Source: a virus. From it: DNA of 15,511 nucleotides. A program made the position numbers and the translations under genes. The notes under the pieces were generated by a model, which was given only the letters and a program-made list of their open reading frames with translations, did not search any database and had not been told where the DNA came from. Positions 13,923 to 15,511 of this stretch are shown here, piece after piece. Position 1 is the stretch's first letter; each line of letters begins with the position of its first letter. Where the stretch lies: the UHGV virus genome UHGV-1637942; one strand, written 5' to 3'.

Positions 13923-15504
13923 GTGGTGTTGTCTCCTCTTCCGGCCTACGACTCTCCGCTATCTGCTGCTGATACGCCTGCGCTATCCACACCGGACGTG
14001 AGAGTCCGGCTTTTTCCCGCTCTGCAGATTCCCTGACCTGCTGGCGGAAAATGTCCTGATAATCCTCGCCCATCAGCGCCAGCTCTTTCTCATACGTGCT
14101 CAGTCCGGCCTCAATGCGCATCACTGATTCCTGAACCTCCTTGAGCCCGTCAATGGCCATTCTTCCGGCTCCAATCCACTCAGCCCGTGACCAGGCTGAT
14201 CGCGCCTGATAAAAATCAAAACGCGCCCGTGGCGGACGAATAATCCCCCGAAGAAGTGCCTCTTCCAGCCAGCAGGAAAACATCTGCGTGGCCAGCCGGG
14301 CCGCAATAAATTTTCGCCGCCCCATAAAATAGCGCCACGACTCATTGGCGGATGCGCGGGCACTTGAATAACTGACCTTCGAGTAATCACGGGACAACTG
14401 TTCGTAGGAAACGCCAAGACCGGCGGCGATATACCGCAGCAGCGCCTGTTCAAGCGCAGAAAATCCATTGTCTGAATCCTGCGCAGTCTGTAGTTTCAGA
14501 TCATCACCAGGGAAAAGGTGCGGAATTTTGACACCGCCCAGTGTCACGTTATTCGTGTCATACCAGCTGGAAAACTTCTCCAGAATATTAATAAGCGGAT
14601 TATCCTTCTGCTCCTGTGGCGCGCCGGCGATATATTCAAAGGCCTTTTCGGTATCAAGGTCACTTTCAATCGTCGCTGCATACATCGCCTTCACTATGGC
14701 CGACTGAAGCTGTGTTGCCTGCAGGGAATCGAGCATCTTCAGCCGTTCCATGACGCTGTAAAACTGATTAGCCCCACGGGTCTGCCCGTCCTCCACCGGC
14801 TCGAAAATATGCAACATGGCCGGACGCCCGGTGGGAAGTTCACGCGGGATCCGTTCCCATCGTCCACTACCAGAGAACGGAAAATCATCCTCACAGATAT
14901 GGTACGCGACGGCACGGCCATATCGATCGACCTCCACACCGGCCCGCAGAAAAGGGTTCCCCATACCGTGTCCAGGCGTGTCCACCCGTTTCGGACTCAC
15001 GGCTTTAAAACGCGTACGGAATAACTGCGTGGTTTCCGTATCCCAGACCGGCTGCACAAAGATTTCGCCGTTAAACGCATGAACGCCCACACCTTCACGG
15101 ATAAATTCCGTGAACGTGCGTTTTCCTTCCACGTCGATCTCGCCAAACATCCCTTCGGCGTATTCCGACCAGGCCGCCTCCACCTCATCGACAAAGCTTT
15201 TTGCTGCGGTCTCCCGCATCCCCAGCCAGCGCCAGTTCGGACGGTAGCTGATCAGAAACATATGCCCGACAATGTGATCCTTATGCAGAGCCACCGCATT
15301 AGCCGCTATTCCGTTATTGCGCACCAGATCATCTGCCCGGGCATTCCCCAGACGCAACGCGGGCAGCAGGGCCGCATCGGCACTCTGCGCCGGTGGCAAC
15401 CACTCCGCCATTTGCCCGCCAAATCCTGCGCCGCCCCCGTTGTAGCTGAGGCTCTCCCGAAGCGGAACGCCGTTCACATCAATCAGGACAGGCGTTCGTT
15501 TCAT
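13912..15504 (-). CDS. B: Portal protein B
   Basis: ORF of 530 aa, MKRTPVLIDVNGVPLRESLSYNGGGAGFGGQMAEWLPP...EPVEDGQTRGANQFYSVMERLKMLDSLQATQLQSAIVKAMYAATIESDLD...GRMAIDGLKEVQESVMRIEAGLSTYEKE..., recognisable as lambda gpB. ATG at 15502-15504, 7 nt from the window edge; W and terminase would lie beyond it. Confidence 0.95.
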   Translation of the reverse strand: MKRTPVLIDVNGVPLRESLSYNGGGAGFGGQMAEWLPPAQSADAALLPALRLGNARADDLVRNNGIAANAVALHKDHIVGHMFLISYRPNWRWLGMRETAAKSFVDEVEAAWSEYAEGMFGEIDVEGKRTFTEFIREGVGVHAFNGEIFVQPVWDTETTQLFRTRFKAVSPKRVDTPGHGMGNPFLRAGVEVDRYGRAVAYHICEDDFPFSGSGRWERIPRELPTGRPAMLHIFEPVEDGQTRGANQFYSVMERLKMLDSLQATQLQSAIVKAMYAATIESDLDTEKAFEYIAGAPQEQKDNPLINILEKFSSWYDTNNVTLGGVKIPHLFPGDDLKLQTAQDSDNGFSALEQALLRYIAAGLGVSYEQLSRDYSKVSYSSARASANESWRYFMGRRKFIAARLATQMFSCWLEEALLRGIIRPPRARFDFYQARSAWSRAEWIGAGRMAIDGLKEVQESVMRIEAGLSTYEKELALMGEDYQDIFRQQVRESAEREKAGLSRPVWIAQAYQQQIAESRRPEEETTPRET

Positions 15505-15511
15505 AACCTCA

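Noticed and set aside
9549-15194. Plus-strand ORFs antisense to Z, FI, E, D, C and B (e.g. 9549..9854, 9943..10215, 10763..11020, 11052..11306, 11613..11912, 12030..12401, 12116..12364, 12424..12675, 12777..13010, 12811..13122, 12836..13021, 13332..13907, 13460..13885, 14468..14707, 14518..15024, 14816..15082) and nested minus-strand ORFs (11390..11578, 13085..13276, 14121..14468, 14739..14939, 14997..15194)
   Set aside because: All lie inside strongly supported structural genes on the opposite strand or in another frame, with no RBS and no recognisable protein features.
1-15511. Checked for a CRISPR array, tRNA or rRNA genes, insertion-sequence terminal inverted repeats and transposase genes
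   Set aside because: No regularly spaced direct repeats, no cloverleaf-like segments in the only non-coding stretch, and no transposase-like ORF. The only sizeable non-coding region is the I-J spacer described above.

Overview
This window is a near-complete lambda-type virion morphogenesis (late) operon, encoded entirely on the minus strand and colinear with phage lambda: B (portal) - C/Nu3 - D - E - FI - FII - Z - U - V - G/G-T - H - M - L - K - I - J. The portal start is at the high-coordinate edge and J runs off the window at position 1. Calls rest on my own translation and recognition of the lambda protein families; no database search was run. The long plus-strand ORFs in the track are antisense artefacts of GC-rich coding DNA. 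Genes are tightly packed, with overlapping stop/start junctions and the G/T programmed -1 frameshift site. The one break in the lambda-like layout is a 343-nt AT-rich non-coding spacer between I and J (2338-2680; about 60 nt in lambda as I recall). On the plus strand it carries a sigma70-type promoter and an intrinsic terminator bracketing an ORF-less unit of about 100 nt, plus a separate perfect palindromic hairpin. I rate this candidate small-RNA moron as the most interesting element. Other points are a triplicated ~147-bp repeat in the scaffold part of C and terminator-like hairpins between E and FI and between D and E. Hand-located motif coordinates may be off by 1-2 nt.
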